NCBI GenBank assembly: GCA_964016885.1
Contig: OZ024749.1
Coordinates: 41,912,001 to 41,976,000 of the forward strand
Source: Eledone cirrhosa
Lineage: Eukaryota
Length of the DNA stretch: 64,000 nucleotides
Reading direction: 5' to 3'
In this document: piece by piece, positions 1-36,475 of the stretch
Layout: each line of letters starts with the position of its first letter
How positions within the stretch are numbered: the stretch's first letter is position 1
Notes under the pieces: generated by a model
Seen by the model: the letters and a program-made list of their open reading frames with translations, nothing else
Told to the model about the DNA's origin: nothing
The model's database searches: none
Position numbers and translations under genes: made by a program

Positions 1-204
1 GATGATGATATATTGAACATTAATAATAATGTTTGATATAACCCATACGTACATATCTATATGTATATATATGTATATATGTGTGTACGTGTGCATACTT
101 ACACCCATATATATATATATGGGTGTATATCTATGGGTATTTTTAAATGAAATTTTGAAATTATTGTTTTTGTTTTCTTTTGTAAATTATAATTACCTTT
201 TCAG

Positions 205-23111
<22,907 letters not shown>

Positions 23112-23207
23112 ACAAACAGTTATATATTTTTTAAAAGACATTCAGATATATCAGTGTAGTTTAAATCCATTGTTTTTTTTTTATAATATACTAATATATA
23201 TATTTAT

Positions 23208-23256
<49 letters not shown>

Positions 23257-23854
23257 ATAATTCTGCAAAATGAAAAACTTTTCCTTCACTCCATCCAGTA
23301 ATACACTCTAGTTTTTGACATGGCCTTGCTGATGGATCTCTACCTAGATATATCTGATGCCTTTTTAAACACTTTCATTACCATATTACTAATGAGACAC
23401 CAACCATGATTTTTAATTAATTCTGAAAATAATGATTTTGAAGGATTTTGTAAAGTAATGATTTTCTCATTATTAAGCTGGTGTTTTCATATGACTTAAT
23501 AAAGGTTTTTACATAAGTATAAAGACTTTATATAATGCCTGTAATTTAATATATATCAAAGTAATGTAGATATTTATGTACATTATGTTCATATATATAT
23601 ATATATACAGTTTTGTATCAACCAGTTGTTTCAGGGTTAATATACTCATATTTATTTTTCATAGTTTTGCTAGAGAGGAAGAAACAATTTTGCCATCTTT
23701 TTTTGATACCAGTAATATACTGCGGGATGATTTAAATGGGTTTGCTGGCCAACCTTTGTACACACATATCTGAGAAGGTTTTTTTTTCAATTCTATTTTT
23801 ACTCACCAACATGGCTTATAAGAGATGGGGTTGGGGGGGAATCAGCCATTATAT

Positions 23855-24210
23855 TGATCTGGTACGTTGATCGAGGGTCAGTCGGGAGATAGATCTCAGG
23901 TCAGTTGGGACATTGATCTGGGATCAGTTGATATATTGATCTAGGGTCACCAGTATAGTACTCTGGGGTCTGTCAGTACAATGATCTGGTGTCATTCAGT
24001 ACGTTGATCCAGGGTCAGCTGGTATATTGATCTGGTGTCAGCAGTACATTGATCCAGAGTCAGTCAGGACATTGATCTAGGGTCAGTCAGGATATTGATC
24101 TGTGATCAGTTGGTATATTGATCCAAGACCACCGGTACAGTGATCTGGGGCTTATCAGTACAATGATCTGAGGTCAGTCGGTACGTTGATCCAGAGTCAG
24201 TCAGGATCTG
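23855..24210. repeat. Diverged minisatellite of about 24 bp
   Basis: Recurrent gtacattgatctagggtcagtcag-like unit. Confidence 0.8.
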
Positions 24211-25241
24211 ACTCCTGGATACTTGATTTACACCCCCAAAAAAGAAAGAAAACCCCAAAAATGTTCAGTCCCTTTGAATTTTGAGATAAGCCTTAATCTC
24301 TCACCCCAGCATTCAAAAGAAGGTTAAAATCTTATAAAATTGCCAGATATCTCTCAGTGGCAGCCCTACCTCACCAAAGCTATGGATTAACTCTTTCATT
24401 ATCATCTTTCAAATAGCAGACACCACTATTGAAAAGTATTTGTGTGATTTAGTCGAATAAGTTAACGTTATTAAGCTGGTGTTTGGAACACAACTTAATA
24501 AAGGTTCTGACATAAAATTATGATGGAATTTTTATCTTCAAATATAAATACTTTAAATCAACTCCAGTATTTGACTGGTTCTTTATTTCATTGACCCTGG
24601 AAAAGATAAAAAGCAAAGTTGACCATGGCAGGATTTGAACTGAGAATGTAGAAAGTCATAACTAAATACCACAAAGCATTTTGTCTGATGCTCTACTGAT
24701 TCTGTCAATCTGCCACCCTGTAACAAAATAACAGTACCTTAACATCAGTATGAGTGGCCAGTTATGGCTGGTTTGAATGAGGTGAGAGAATTCTGGCCAG
24801 ATATGGCTGGTTTAAATGCTAAAGGGTTAAATGAATAAAAAAAATATACCAATGAATTACAGAAATAAAACACATCAGATCACACACTCTACAAAAAAAA
24901 ACACTCAAATAAATCTGTATAATTATGATAAATATTTTCACTTATGTACATGAACGCATGATAATGCAGGAAAGTTAATTTCCTCATGACACTTATGTTT
25001 AATTGATTCAAATATGTTGAAGAAGGAGTAAGGTAAACTTTTACATGAGATACAGGGAGAAATCTGAATATTTTTTGGCTCCCAAAAGTCAGGGGTTGAC
25101 TTCAACATGGGATCCATTTTTACATGAGTAATATACTATTTGTCATTGTATTAAACTTCAAAATTTGTATTAAACTTCAAACATAAACAATGTTGTTTTT
25201 GTTGTTGATGATTAGCCCTGGTCAGTCCTGATCAAGTAGAC

Positions 25242-25588
25242 TAGAGGTTTTCAAACTTTTGGGGCCACTGCCTCCCTCACGGCCACATAATACTCTCAGT
25301 GCTCCCCAACCCCATTTCCAAAGAGACCTGCCTACACGCAAATTGTAAATAATATATTAAAAATTAAATCATTAATTTATATATAATAAATAATATACAC
25401 TATGTATAAATAAATATTATATATTTTTTATTTTACTATATTTATATATAATATGTATCATTTGATATTTAATATACTATTATATCATCTCAACAGCCCC
25501 CCCTCCCACTGTCCCCTTAGCCCCCAGCGCCCCCTGGACCTGCTCAACGCCCCCCTGGGGTCAGTAGCGCCCACTTTGAGAACCTCTG
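25242..25588. mobile_element. hAT (Charlie-like) MITE
   Basis: TIRs tagaggttttcaaa / tttgagaacctctg; perfect 8-bp TSD AAGTAGAC (25234-25241, 25589-25596). Confidence 0.85.
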
Positions 25589-26100
25589 AAGTAGACTTAT
25601 GATCAAAAACATTCCAGCCATGACCATCTCGTCTTTTTGTACAGCAGGGACTGTATTATCTAATGTGTCCATTTTTTTTTTTTATTTATTTTTTTTTTTT
25701 TATTGTAATATCTACCACTTTGGATATCTCCACAACCCTGCTACACAACAAAGATGTTTAGCAATTTTTTTTTATTGATTACAGGAAATTATTATGTCTT
25801 TAATTAAATAAGACAGATTTGTATAAAACTCCATTCCTTTAACCCTTTACCATTTGCATTACTCTATGTTTACTACTGTATTTTCACAGAAAAGCCTTAA
25901 TCTCACATAGCAAATCTATAAGATGTTATAATTTATTTTGAGAACAATACCTTAATGTTGGATGAGCAGCCGGTTATGGCTGGTTTGAACAGACAGTTAT
26001 GGCTGGTTTGAACAGACAGTGGTGAGAGAATTCTGGCCAGATACAGCCGGTTTAAATGCTAAAGGGTTAGGATGGTATTTAGAACATAACTTCACAAAAG

Positions 26101-26138
<38 letters not shown>

Positions 26139-26319
26139 TAGGGAATGTAATGTCCAGTTACTGTAGGTTCACCAAAGTGAGCACTCGGTGCATAGTTTCC
26201 AGTAGTTATATTGGTGTACTGAGCAGAGTGTGTAATAATATTAATAAAAAGGATGAGGTGTTAGATATTCATTAGATTTATTGAACAAATGTAATGAAGA
26301 TCTAAACCTCGTCCTTTTT

Positions 26320-26369
<50 letters not shown>

Positions 26370-26438
26370 GGAAAAAGTAAGACCCCGACGGCAGAGCTCA
26401 AGCCGTTTCGATGGCAATTTTTAGACTCAATTCCTTTG

Positions 26439-26476
<38 letters not shown>

Positions 26477-27063
26477 TGGTATATTAAAATACTATTTAGA
26501 ACATAACTTCACAAAAGACATAGATATAAAATTTCTAGAAGGATTTAATATAAATATGAATTCTTCAAGATGGATAGTTATGTATCATTGGATCGGAAAT
26601 GGTCTTAAGTGGGTTGATATCCAAAGAATTCATTTAATATTTACAAAGGTTTTGATGGTGACTGTAATGGTGGATGGTCCAGATAGTTAACATGGTATTA
26701 AGTCAATTTGGCAGTGTCACAGCATGGGCACTATAGAGGCACCAGAGAGGATAGCACAGTAGATTGCTATGTTGAGAGTGTTTATCAAAATAGATTGACA
26801 GTTTGACATAGAATTTAGTTCCAGAAAGAAAAAAAAAATGATGTGATTCCATGTGAGTGTGTTGTAAGAGTGTTTGTATATATGTGTTACTGTGTAATAT
26901 TTATGTATATATACATGTGTAGGTGTGTGTGAATATTTCTGTATATATATATATATATGTGTATATGTATGCATGTGAGTATATATGTGTGTGTATATAT
27001 ATATATATAGATATATGTGTATATGTATACATTTGAGTATATATATATGTCTGTGTGTGTATG

Positions 27064-27095
<32 letters not shown>

Positions 27096-27472
27096 CAAAA
27101 TATATATACATACACACACACACCCACATATAAATGAATACTATACGATGATGATGATATATATATTATCATCATCATCATCATCACTATTTAGCATCCA
27201 TTTTTCCATGCTTGTATGGATTAGATGGGTCGTGCATGTCAGGAGACAAACCTGGCCAGAATTGGCCATGCTGTATATTGCTCCGACAGGTCTGTAAATT
27301 TTGCCAGGGATTTTAAAGCTGGATGCTCTTTCTGACACCAAATATATTTATATATATTTTTATATATATATATAAAACTCCAGTTGCATTTTCGATTTCA
27401 TCTTTTTTTCTTTATACTTTCACTCGTGTAGGACACCTCGGTTATTTTTCATTTTGTAAAAAAAAACCTCAC

Positions 27473-27514
<42 letters not shown>

Positions 27515-27596
27515 TGAAATTTCCGTTGAAAACAGAAAAGGTCATAGAAGTGAAGAGTGCTCTATGTAAGTATCAGAGCAAAATCAATACAATATA

Positions 27597-27674
27597 ATTA
27601 CCTCATTACCAGAGGTTTCCCGAATGAGGCGAATACGAAAGAAACGTCTTCATTCGTTCGTCAGACGAGGCAAT
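27597..27674 (-). ncRNA. Type I hammerhead ribozyme (left arm of palindrome, opposite strand)
   Basis: Mirror copy of 27677-27754; stem II CGAATGA/TCATTCG is fully Watson-Crick. Confidence 0.68.
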
Positions 27675-27676
27675 AT

Positions 27677-27754
27677 ATTGCCTCGTCTGACGAACGAATG
27701 AAGATGTTTCTTTCGTATTCGCCTCATTTGGGAAACCTCTGGTAATGAGGTAAT
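27677..27754 (+). ncRNA. Type I hammerhead ribozyme (right arm of palindrome)
   Basis: ATTGCCTCGT-CTGACGA-A CGAATGA..TCATTTG G-GAAA-CC TCT GG-TA-ATGAGGTAAT. Confidence 0.68.
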
Positions 27755-27963
27755 TATATTGTATTGATTTTTATACATTAAATATATATATATATTTCGT
27801 TTCTGAATTTGTTTAGCAAGATTCTTTATGTGAAATCGTGTGTTGAAACCGATATTGTTATACTTTGGGAGGGTCATGTTGCCAATAAGAACAGAAACAC
27901 ACAGAAACAAAATGGCGTAGGACAGAACAAAGGAGAGGCACAGAAACAAAGAAAGGAATCCCC

Positions 27964-28008
27964 AGTCACTGAAGAGGTCACAGAGTGTGTGACGAAAGGA
28001 CTATGACT
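27964..28008 (+). ncRNA. Minimal hammerhead ribozyme
   Basis: AGTCA-CTGAAGA-GGTCACA GAGTG TGTGAC-GAAA-GGAC-TA-TGACT. Confidence 0.7.
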
Positions 28009-28158
28009 ATATATAAACAACTATCTGGTTGTGGAACCAACCAACCAACCAGAAATTTATAAATTTATGAATTTGTAAATTTATAAATATATAATAAATT
28101 GAAGTGAAAGCAACTGGTGCGTGTGTTTCTTATTGGCAACATGACCCTCCCAAAGTAT

Positions 28159-28201
<43 letters not shown>

Positions 28202-28559
28202 AGTATTATATCAACTTGAATTATTCATCTATATGAAACATTAAGTAGGGAATAAATAATGTTGCTACTTTAGGCACAAGGCCAGCAATTACCCAGTGCA
28301 TTACTGGTACTTTATTTTATCGACCCCGTAAGGATGAAAGGCAAAGTCAACCTCGGCGGGAGGGAATAAATAATGTTGCTAAGTGTGCTTTGAATCCCCA
28401 TCATAATTTTCTGTTTATATATATATACATATATATGTATATATATATGTATATATATATATATATATATAGGTATTAGAGGTGCAAATGAATTGTGTCC
28501 GTAGGCGGTGTGCCAAGATGAGCACTCAATGCTTGTGGGGAGCGAGTCAACATGTGAAC

Positions 28560-28651
28560 ACATATCTGAGGAGCTTCCGATTCCAGAATCAGGATCAATC
28601 ATTAATCGATCGTTCCTCGAGCTGATCGACAGTGAAACATATGTAATATGT
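28560..28651 (+). ncRNA. Hammerhead ribozyme with extended stem II
   Basis: ACATAT-CTGAGGA-GCT...AGT-GAAA-CATATG-TA-ATATGT, with a palindromic stem III and a 6-bp stem I. Confidence 0.65.
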
Positions 28652-28693
28652 AATTAAATATATATATGATGCATTACTGATTCTTTGTTCCCT

Positions 28694-28728
<35 letters not shown>

Positions 28729-28989
28729 ACAAAGAGGGTGTGGCAAGATACCAGGTGGACCATGACGCACCAGAGTACTCAATACTAAGGGTAATAGGAA
28801 CAGCCAGAGTTCAGCTGTCAAAATGGCCAGAGCTCACCCGTCGGGGTTCTGATTCTTTTCCTATGTATATATATATGTATATATATATGTATGTGTGTGT
28901 ATGTGTAAATGTGTGTATGTATGTGTAAATGTGTGCATGAACAGTTCAATGAGGTAAACAAGTCATTATAAATTAATTGTACATTCTAA

Positions 28990-29653
28990 TCAAGAACATT
29001 CCTTCTCTGTTGCCCCACTGCCCTCCTTCTCCTCCCCCTCCTTACACATCTTCATACTGATATCCCATAGGTCAAATATAAACACTTTATCTTTGGTAAG
29101 TGGTGAAAGTTTGTTAGGGGCAGCAAGTCCAACATTCTCAAAATAATGTCCGGAAACCTCGCTAAGGCCATCCTCTAACACCATGTATGCAATTGTTTTG
29201 GCAGCATCCTTTGCCGAACGACCAAACAATGGCATGAGGAGTGATATGATGTAAGCAATCTTACTGAAGTGATTCTTATTCAAAATGTTGGTTGCTACAA
29301 ATCCGGGGTTCATTGAATTAGCCGTGACGCTGGTACCAAATAGTCGGTTGGTCAGTGCCTTTGTGTGAAGTACATTGCATAGTTTACTCAGTGAGTATCC
29401 CCGGAGGTATGGGTATTTAATCTTGCCTGTTTCAGGACCTCGATCCAGGCTCGGTCTCTCTTTCACAGAGTGTTGCATGAAGGAGCTGACGTTGATGATC
29501 CGACTCGGCGCTGACTTCTTCAACAGATCGAGGAGGAGGTAAGTGAGTAAGAAACTCCCTAAATAATTCACTCCAAATATGGAATCAAAGCCCTGACATG
29601 TTGTGGGATCATCGGTGAAAGTAGTGCCAGCGTTGTTGACCAAAATGTCTAAC
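28990..29653 (-). CDS. Retinol dehydrogenase-like SDR, coding exon 2 (spliced product 345 aa)
   Basis: Acceptor tttatccag|G gives RLDILVNNAG, followed by FGVNYLGSFLLT, SRIINVSS, catalytic YSLSK (YxxxK), PGFVAT and SGHYF. Stop TGA at 28990-28992. Confidence 0.93.
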
Positions 29654-29902
29654 CTGGATAAAAGAAAAGAAAAAAATGATCAATAACAAAAGGCATAGGT
29701 GAGCAATAGGTCAGCAGTAGGTCGCACAGTGACTTCTAGGTCATTAATAGGTAATACAGTGACTGTTGGTTATACAGTGACTTGTAGGTTGTACATACAG
29801 TGACTTGTAGATCAGCAGTAGGTCATTGACTTTTAGGTCAGTAATAAGTTATACAGTGGCTTCTAGGTCAGTAATAGGTCATACAGTGACTTGTAGATCA
29901 GC

Positions 29903-30195
29903 AGCTCTCTCAATTTGGAGAAGTAGCAGCTCTACCTGGAGCGACTCTCTGTTCTCCAAGCTACGCACTCTGTTGAGTAACATTACTCCAAAGACCCTTT
30001 GGAGGAATCCCATTTTGGCTGCTTGTATTTGTGATCATATTCTTTCAGGCATGACCCAAGATTCCTGACCATAGGTAAGGGTTGGCACGAATACTGAATT
30101 GAAAATAGCGAGTTTGGCTTTTGCACCTGCTCCCCCTTCTTCTGATTACCGAATGCTGAAGCTGGCGCATTACTGCACCAGCTTCTGCAATAGTT
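29903..30195 (-). mobile_element. RTE-clade (Expander/Rex3-like) LINE fragment in the RDH intron
   Basis: Reverse strand AGAVMRQL..KAKLAIFNSVFVPTLTYGQESWVMPERI*SQIQAAKMGFLQRVFG..NRVRS. Confidence 0.8.
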
Positions 30196-31026
30196 TTGGT
30201 TCTCCATGTAAAATTTATGTCTGAGGTCCATACAGTCCACTCCATGTGTTTGTGCAGTAAAAGTATAACTACATATGTTGCATGCATACATTCTCTCGTG
30301 CTCTGCAAGCAGTGCACTAAGTCGGTGCTTATCCCGGTTTCATTGTGTGAAGCGACTGAGAATACAAGACTTGCCCCTAGACAGGATGCCAGTCCATCGC
30401 AGGGTTAACTCCCCAGCTATTGCTGGTACACATTTTCAGTTGAGTATATTGGAGCAACATGAAATGAAGCGTTTCGCTCAAGAACACAATACACAAACAA
30501 CTCAGCCCAGGAATCAAACACACGACATTATGATTGCAAGTCCAACATCCTTACCACAAGGCCACATGCCTTCTCTTCATATGTTAGTGTGTTAAAAACA
30601 AGAACCACTCCATTTGTTAGTGTTTTCAAAAAAGAACCTGTGTAAAACCCAGTCAATGCCCTACCATAATTGAATGAACTACTTGTTTACAGAAAATTCC
30701 ATAACACATATAAACTATGTGACACTTTATACAAAATTACAAGTCAAATATCTCTTATTTATTCAGATATTTACCACAATAAATGGTGTACAATATCTAG
30801 TCTTTTTCTATACAAAGCAATTATATTTGTACCTCTTCCTGTGACATATAAATATTTACACACACACATACACACACACAACAGCGTCATACTGTGTACG
30901 TACATTTTGTTATCCCTGAGTACCAACTTGTTCAACCTGTGCCAATGAAAATGAACAGGCTGCTCTCTCTATACCTTAACTATTTTTACCTAACTATTAT
31001 ATATATATATATGTGTGTGCATAAAT

Positions 31027-31059
<33 letters not shown>

Positions 31060-32394
31060 GGAGGCACATGGCTTAGTGGTTAGAGCATTGGCCTTGCAAT
31101 CGAAAGGTTGTGAGTTCAATTCTCAGTCCGGGTGATGTGTTGTTTCCTTGAGCAAGACACTTTATTTCACATTGCTCCAGTTTACTCAGCTGTAGAAATG
31201 AGATGATAGGGACTGTAAAGTGGTTGTGTAGGCGCCACGGCAAAAAAGCACCCAGCACTCACTGTAAATAAGGTTGGTGTTAGGAAGGGCATCCAGCTGT
31301 AGAAATCAAGCCAGAATCAGTTCCCGTCCCACCCTTGCAAGAAGGGAAAAGCAGACGTAAAATGATGATGATGATGATATATAGATATATATATATATAT
31401 AATATATATATAATATATATATATAATATATATATATATATATTCACCCAACCAAACTTGCCTCAAATGGGACAAACTCTTCTAACACACACTTATATAT
31501 ATATGTATGTATATGTATATATATATATATAACAGTAATACAGAGTACCCGACCTCCCATGGGTACAAGCTGAAGCATATAGACAATATGCCCCCACACC
31601 CTCCCACTGCAAAGTGGTCGTGGAGGTGCCACGGCAAAAAAGCACTCACTGTAAATGAGGTTGGTGTTAGGAAGGGCATCCAGCTGTAGAAATCAAGCCA
31701 AAATCAGTTCCCGTATGAGCAAGGCATGGTCAGCCGACCAGACACTGCCCACAACAGGACAACCCGTCTAACCCAGGCTAGCATGGAAGAACGGACGTAA
31801 AACGGTGATGATGATGATGATAACAAAGGAAGTGTGGTAAGGAACCAGATGGACTATAACACACCAGAGTACTCAATACTTAGGGTAGTAGAGTGGGTAA
31901 TAGGAAAATGTTTGACCCCGACGACGGCTTGAGCTCTGCTGTCGAGGTCAAACATTTTCCTATATATATAATATATTATATATATGTGAATGATGATATT
32001 TGTATGTATGGGTTCATGTATGGGAAAAATCAGAGTGGGTGTATGTGTGCTTGGTGTGTGGGGGTGTTAGACTGTTAGTCTATAGAAGTGGGTATACATA
32101 AGATGGGGTATACATAAGAAAAGGGGTGTGTAAGTTTTTATGCATGTGATTATATAAATATGTCTATATGTCAATATGTACATATGCATGTGTGTATATA
32201 TGTATACAGGTACATGTATGTGTATATATATGTATACAAGTACATGTATATGTGATGACATGTCTGTGTGTGTACAGGTAGATATATGTGATACATGTGT
32301 GTGCATATGTATGTGTGTATATATGTATACAGGTATGTATATATGTGATGTAATGTCTATGTGTGTGTGTGTGTGTATGAATAAGTTTGCCCAC

Positions 32395-32768
32395 CTGTCT
32401 TCATTCCTTATCACCTGCCGTGCCAATCTTCTCACAGACTCTAAATCATTGAGATTCAACTGCAAAGTTCTGATATTTTGGTTCTGTGTTTCTTTGATGA
32501 TATTTTCAGCTGCTTTTACAGCCTTACTCAAGTTCCTGCATGCTAGAAGTACCCTGGCTCCTCGGCCAGAGAAATCTAGGGCCGTGGCATACCCTATGCC
32601 AGAATTTGCACCTGTAATTAGTACAGTTTTACCATCAAGCCGTTTGTCAGTGGTGTAATTTAAGCGAGAGGCATGCTGACTATAAAACCGGTAAACATAG
32701 AAGGCTACGTAACCAATGGGCAACAGAGCGAAGCCTAAAATAATGTAGATACCATACATGAGTAACAT
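32395..32768 (-). CDS. Retinol dehydrogenase 11/12/13/14-like short-chain dehydrogenase, coding exon 1
   Basis: N-terminal hydrophobic anchor, then GKTVLITGANSGIG (TGxxxGIG Rossmann motif) and ARVLLACRN. Donor AG|gtgggc at 32394, phase 2. Confidence 0.93.
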
Positions 32769-33212
32769 TTGGTACCGGAATTTCTCTGTGATTCTGTATG
32801 AGAGATGTTTTTAACACTTTTTAGTTGAGTGAAGTATCAATAATTCCTTCTTTTTTTTTCAAATCTCTTTACTCTGTCTCTCTGTCTGTTCTTATTCCCC
32901 ACCCACTCTCTCTTTCTACCTTAATTTATCAATCTATCTCAGTCTGTCGGTCTCTCTCTCTCATTGTCTCATCCCTGACCTCTCTCTCTCTCTCTCTACC
33001 TTAATCTATTTGCCTCTCTCTCTTTCTCTCTAGCTCATTCTATCAATTTATCTATTATCTCTAACTCTCTTTCTCTGTTTACCTTTTCTTTCTCCATTCT
33101 TTTCTTAAGCTACCCCCCCCCCCCCACTACCTTATCAGTTCAACACTGTCTGCTACCCTCAATCTCTCTCTCTCATTGTCTTATTCCCCCCTCTTTCATT
33201 GTCTCATCTCTG

Positions 33213-33269
<57 letters not shown>

Positions 33270-33273
33270 CCTA

Positions 33274-33315
<42 letters not shown>

Positions 33316-33355
33316 ATATATATACACATATATATATATACATGTATATATATAT

Positions 33356-33477
<122 letters not shown>

Positions 33478-35252
33478 GTGTGTGTGTGTATATGTGTGTA
33501 GTGTGGGTGTGTATTCTTCCTTCTCTATTTTCACTTATTCTCTCATGATCTCCTCCCCCCTCTCTCACTATCAGTCCCTATCTCCTCCCTCCTCTCTCTC
33601 CACACTTTACTCTCCTCCATCTCTTATCAATCATATGACCTCCCTATTGACTAACTAACTACAGTTCAAACTTCATTCCTGACTTTCTATTCTTCTTCCT
33701 ATTGTTTACTATGTGTTGGCCCTCTGCAGCCTGTATTTACACAGCTCAGACTGAAGGTGAATCTTTCCAGGATTACCAACAAACAAAACTTCAGAATATT
33801 TGAACATCCACCCCATTACCCCTGGTTGAAAAGAAAAAGGTTTATTGCAGTATTGTTTTTAACTGTGAATCTATTTTTCTATGGTAGCCATTTGTATTTG
33901 TGTTGTTTTTTTGGAGGGGTGGGTAATAGACTTAACCTAGAATAGTGGGTTTAAACCTTTCATTACCATGTTTCTAATGACATATAATCTATTTTAATTA
34001 ATTGATGAAGAAAAAAATTATTAATTGTTTCATTATTAAGAGAGTAATGGAAATATAACTTAACAAAAGGACCTTATATAAAATTATATTGGAAGATTTT
34101 AATTTAAATTGGAACACTTTAAAATATCTGGTTTTGTTTCATAGAACCTCAGAGCTGGTTTTGGTCAGATTGGTATCAAAAGTGTTGACCTAGGTTTGTA
34201 GATTGAACCTTAAGTAATAGACTTAACCTAGGGTAGTAGACTTGACTTCGGGTAGTAGACTTAACCTTGGGTAGTAGACTTAACCCTGGGTCGTAGACTT
34301 AATCTTGGGTAGTAGATTTAAACTAGGGTAGTAGACTTAACCTTAGGTAGTAGACATAACATAGGAAGGTAGATAGGGTAGCAATTTGTATTCTTGGTTA
34401 AAAATGATCTTAGAAGGAGCTGGAAGAATGGTTCACCATAGAAGTTGTAGCAACTTGCATTCATAGTTTGAGATGACCTAAGAAGGAGTAAGAAGGTGGG
34501 GGCAATTTTACTCATGGTTCAAAATGATATCAGAAGTAGCAGGAAAGGTTGTTCACTGTAGAAGTGGTAGCAACTTGTATTCGTAGTTTAAGAATGGCTT
34601 AGAAGTATCAGGAACGGTTGCTCACCATAGAAGTTGTAGTTCAAGATGACCTCAGAAGGAGCAAGATGAGTTGCTCACCATAAAGGTGGTAGCAATTTTT
34701 GTAATTCAATATTTGTAATTCAAAGCAGGTTCAAGAGTAATAGAAAGAGTTGCTCAGATTCAAGGTGATAGACATTTGTATTTGTGGTTCAAGATGTTGT
34801 AAGATGTAATATTGGTAGCTGTATATTTTTGCATGGTAGTCATTTTATCCATAGTTCAAAAGGTCACGTTGGAAGTAATAGTATAAACACGCATTTAGTT
34901 TCAAACTTGAAAATAAACTAAAAACCAGACAGATAGCTACACAGACAGACAAAAGCAGACAATGTGAAACTTGACAAATAACCAACCAGAATTTCAAGTT
35001 TAAATAGTTACATGAAAAATGTCAGTGAAACATTTTAATTGACTGGAACACAGTATAAATAACACGACATCACCACCATCACCACCACCACCACCACCAC
35101 CGCCGCCGCCGCCACCACCACCAAACAAACAAGTTTGTTAATTGAAATATTTATAGTAGGTTTACTAGTGGACAGATTTTTTGTGAAAATTTGCGGCATT
35201 GGAGTAACGTTACTGGATAAAGTGAGTAATACTTTATCGAGTAAATACATAG

Positions 35253-35550
35253 CTCAGAGATCAGAGAGTCACTCCAGGTAGAGCCGCTACTTCTCCCAAA
35301 CTATGGGCATGTGGTTAGAATGTCTCAGGAAAGAATCCCTGGACAGATTTTACGGACAAAACCAACTGGTAGGAGACCTAGGGATAAACCCTGAGCAAAA
35401 TCGTTGGATAACACCCACGAGCTTGGCTGGTCACGCTTGGGGGGATCCAACCAAATCAACTGGAGACAGTTGCTTCTGACAGGTCCCACTGGAGAGAGTG
35501 TTTGAGGACTCTGCCCCCATGACTCCCTCAGGAATAAGTGGGCGAAAAAG
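35253..35550 (+). mobile_element. RTE-clade LINE 3' end fragment
   Basis: EIRESLQVEPLLL..GHVVRMSQERIPGQIL..KPTGRRPR..DRSHWR, same family as the 29903 fragment. Confidence 0.75.
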
Positions 35551-35970
35551 AAGAGGATTGCAGTCATAGTGCACTTTTGTATTTTTCAAGAATGTCTTAC
35601 TAATGCTGTCTCATGTGATACAGGACGTTAAGATGTTAAAAAAAAACAAAAAAAAACACACACAGTATCAACGTTAGGGATCTTGCAGGCATCTGCATTT
35701 CAGAGATTTCATCAATATTTTTTTATTCTTATGTCATTGTATCTCAGGCATTAATTGGTTCATTACTCTATATATCTGTATTTCTAATTCTTTCTAGAAT
35801 TTTCTTCTTTTTTCTTCGTTTTTAATTTTTAATTTAATTTTGATTTTTTTTTTTCTTTTCGTTTCTTTTTCTATATTTTATTTTACAAAAAAAAAAACGA
35901 AACAAAAAAAAACTACACTTAATTGAAGGAGACATATCTTCTGCTGATCTTTGTTGTTCTGTACTGAGAG

Positions 35971-36007
<37 letters not shown>

Positions 36008-36019
36008 AAAGGAGAGAGG

Positions 36020-36095
<76 letters not shown>

Positions 36096-36114
36096 CACAC
36101 ACACACACATATAT

Positions 36115-36145
<31 letters not shown>

Positions 36146-36219
36146 GGTACTATGACATAACTTATGTATTTGCTAGCATTAGTGTACATATGTACGCATA
36201 TGTTGGTAGATATACTAAT

Positions 36220-36251
<32 letters not shown>

Positions 36252-36257
36252 CATATA

Positions 36258-36289
<32 letters not shown>

Positions 36290-36444
36290 AATATATACAT
36301 ATATATATATATATTTATATACATATATATATATACATATATATATATACATATATTTATATACATATATTTATATACATATATATATACATATATATAT
36401 ACATATATATATAGATATATGTATATATATACACATATATATAT

Positions 36445-36475
<31 letters not shown>

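Noticed and set aside
26717-26840. - strand ORF tail with hydrophobic stretch (INTLNIAIYCAILSGASIVPML)
   Set aside because: Short, preceded by microsatellite translation, with no homology cue or convincing splice context
35157-35221. Candidate + strand exon (AG...gtgagt)
   Set aside because: Sequence is homologous to the dispersed repeat at about 11050-11120 and 11330-11397
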